Source: Escherichia phage ime. From it: a stretch of 64,000 bases of DNA. How positions within the stretch are numbered: position 1 is the first letter of the stretch; each line of letters opens with the position of its first letter. Made by a program: the position numbers and the translations under genes. Of this stretch, positions 62,614-64,000 are shown piece after piece. Location: sequence record MN850576.1, one strand, 5' to 3'. Below the pieces are notes generated by a model. It had not been told where the DNA came from, did no database searches, and saw only the letters and a program-made list of their open reading frames with translations.

Positions 62614-63111
62614 TCAACACTTTTTGTACTCCACCACGATAATATCCATATCAAAAGTGGCAAGGTTAATAACGTCCTCTACGTGCTCCCACTTCAAACC
62701 GCCTATGCCGCACCCGATCTTAGGGATGTAGAATGGTAAAGTCGATCCACTGAATACCTCATTGACTAGCTCAAAGCCTTTCAGGATTGAGAAATATTCA
62801 GCATTAGGTCCTGGGTAGAACTGAGTATACAGATTGATTCCGTAGACAATACCTCTCGGAGATAAGTGCTCCCATCGGGAGAACGCACCCAGTTTACTTA
62901 GGCAACCATGTCTGGTCTCTTTGTCAGCTGCCAATGCTTGAGGGAACTCACGGGTAATCTGTTTTGCTATCCCCTTGCCCATTGTGTGGAAGCAGTTACA
63001 ACCGTGGATCAGGTGACCAGCACCACTCTTAAAAAGGGAGATTAAATCTCCCTCTACAGTATCAATAATCACGGTATGCCAGCTCCTCTTCCACAATTTC
63101 AAAAAACTCAT
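62614..63111 (-). CDS. macro-domain protein (ADP-ribose binding/processing)
   Basis: GHLIHGCNCFHTMGKGIAKQI matches macro-domain NAAN-x6-GGG-[IV]A motif (C for A); C-terminal GCGIGG glycine-rich loop; start set at Met 63109-63111. Confidence 0.55.
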   Translation of the reverse strand: MSFLKLWKRSWHTVIIDTVEGDLISLFKSGAGHLIHGCNCFHTMGKGIAKQITREFPQALAADKETRHGCLSKLGAFSRWEHLSPRGIVYGINLYTQFYPGPNAEYFSILKGFELVNEVFSGSTLPFYIPKIGCGIGGLKWEHVEDVINLATFDMDIIVVEYKKC

Positions 63112-63487
63112 CCCAACCTTGTGGCATATTTGAGTTGCCGAAGTGGCTTTCATAGTAAAGGTTCTCACCACTTGGGAGATAGAAATCTGTTACCTCGTAG
63201 AGTCCACAATCGTCGCACTCACCTTCTTCGAACTTGGCCTCAACCTTAATACCTAGGAAGGTGAAAAGTTTATGGATATCTTCAGTTTCGAACTCCCAGC
63301 AGATATTGTTTTCCGCATCGGTGTAGAACTGGATCAGCAGACCATTATCCAGTTTACCAAAATATTCTGTGAAGTAACTACCTTCCCAGAAATCTTTATG
63401 ACAAATAATATCCATGCGCTTGCCCATGATAAAGGTGTGGGCGTTTTGGGCATCGTCACGAATCAGTTTTGGCATTTCATAGATCAT
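63062..63487 (-). CDS. hypothetical acidic protein
   Basis: 141-aa ORF. Confidence 0.4.
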   Translation of the reverse strand: MIYEMPKLIRDDAQNAHTFIMGKRMDIICHKDFWEGSYFTEYFGKLDNGLLIQFYTDAENNICWEFETEDIHKLFTFLGIKVEAKFEEGECDDCGLYEVTDFYLPSGENLYYESHFGNSNMPQGWDEFFEIVEEELAYRDY

Positions 63488-63555
63488 CTTAGTTCTCCGG
63501 GTTCAACAGGTGGTGGTGCTACAGGAAGATCATAAAACATAGCTATCACAGTCTC

Positions 63556-63753
63556 TTACACAGGAATTGCTTCAAACAGGCCGTTATCTATACCGTCCTT
63601 CAGATAGAGATTATATTCTATGTCGGTATCTGTATAAAGGGCAGCATCCAGCATTCTATCTGTGAGTCCATCCATTGGGTGGAGAAACCACCACCCACGC
63701 CAGTCAAAGTAACAGCCTGGTGCATCTTCTCTTACACGGATTCGATAAATCAT
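63556..63753 (-). CDS. hypothetical protein
   Basis: 65-aa ORF. Confidence 0.35.
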   Translation of the reverse strand: MIYRIRVREDAPGCYFDWRGWWFLHPMDGLTDRMLDAALYTDTDIEYNLYLKDGIDNGLFEAIPV

Positions 63754-64000
63754 GGGCAGTGGCCTCCTGTTAGTTATACATCCCAGTTTTCTTCGTTCAT
63801 CACGTCCTCCCGTTCTATGAAGTTATAATTGCACACCTTTCCACCTGTGTCAACAGAAAACTTCAACAAATTCTTCCACAGTTTTAATGTCGTGTGAAAA
63901 AGGTTTACGGCTATAACGGGCAATAGCACTATCAACCACCGCCCGGTACTCCAAATCTTCAGAATATTTCATGAAGCATTGCAGCGTCTCTGGGCAGATA

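Noticed and set aside
1-64000. Prophage or integrative element boundary
   Set aside because: No integrase, recombinase, att-like tRNA 3' duplication or host genes; content is uniformly phage-like.

Overview
This window reads as a segment of a large virulent tailed-phage (Caudoviricetes) genome; no integrase, transposase or host housekeeping genes are present. All calls rest on motif recognition and manual ORF/RBS reading, with no database searches. Layout: (1) 1-5312, leftward packaging/head-assembly and lysis genes (partial head-assembly ORF, portal candidate, large terminase, overlapping i-/o-spanin pair). (2) 5359-6171, a minus-strand cluster of six tRNAs (Pro-TGG, Met-CAT, Thr-TGT, Ser-TGA, Tyr-GTA, Arg-TCT) plus one aberrant tRNA-like element. 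(3) 6268-10139, leftward small genes, two visibly GC-richer ORF-free islands, an array of four phased palindromes, and a P-loop kinase followed by a metallophosphoesterase. (4) 10204-47417, a long rightward block driven by E. coli-like sigma70 promoters (TTGACA-N17/18-TATAAT): RNA-ligase-like enzyme, Zn-less Sir2-like protein, ATP-dependent DNA ligase, lambda-R-like endolysin, HNH and Endo VII-like nucleases, flap endonuclease, DEDD exonuclease, two N6-adenine methyltransferases, dNMP kinase, ThyX, aerobic (nrdAB plus nrdH-like) and anaerobic (nrdDG) ribonucleotide reductases, PhoH, a ClpP-family protease, then about 11 kb of densely packed small genes with expanded paralog families and a ribosome hibernation factor (HPF/RaiA) homolog. 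(5) 47420-49900, an ORF-free, repeat-rich region (iteron-like TTTACA repeats, GGCAACTAT palindromes, large inverted repeats, GC-rich 11-mers). (6) 49907-64000, a leftward block of small genes, each with its own sigma70-like promoter and a GC-rich leader hairpin, containing a second ORF-free tandem-repeat region (59640-60790) and a macro-domain protein. The most interesting candidates are a disaggregated Pnkp-like RNA-repair module beside the Sir2-like protein, the phage HPF homolog flanked by a duplicated gene cassette, and the repeat-rich non-coding regions.
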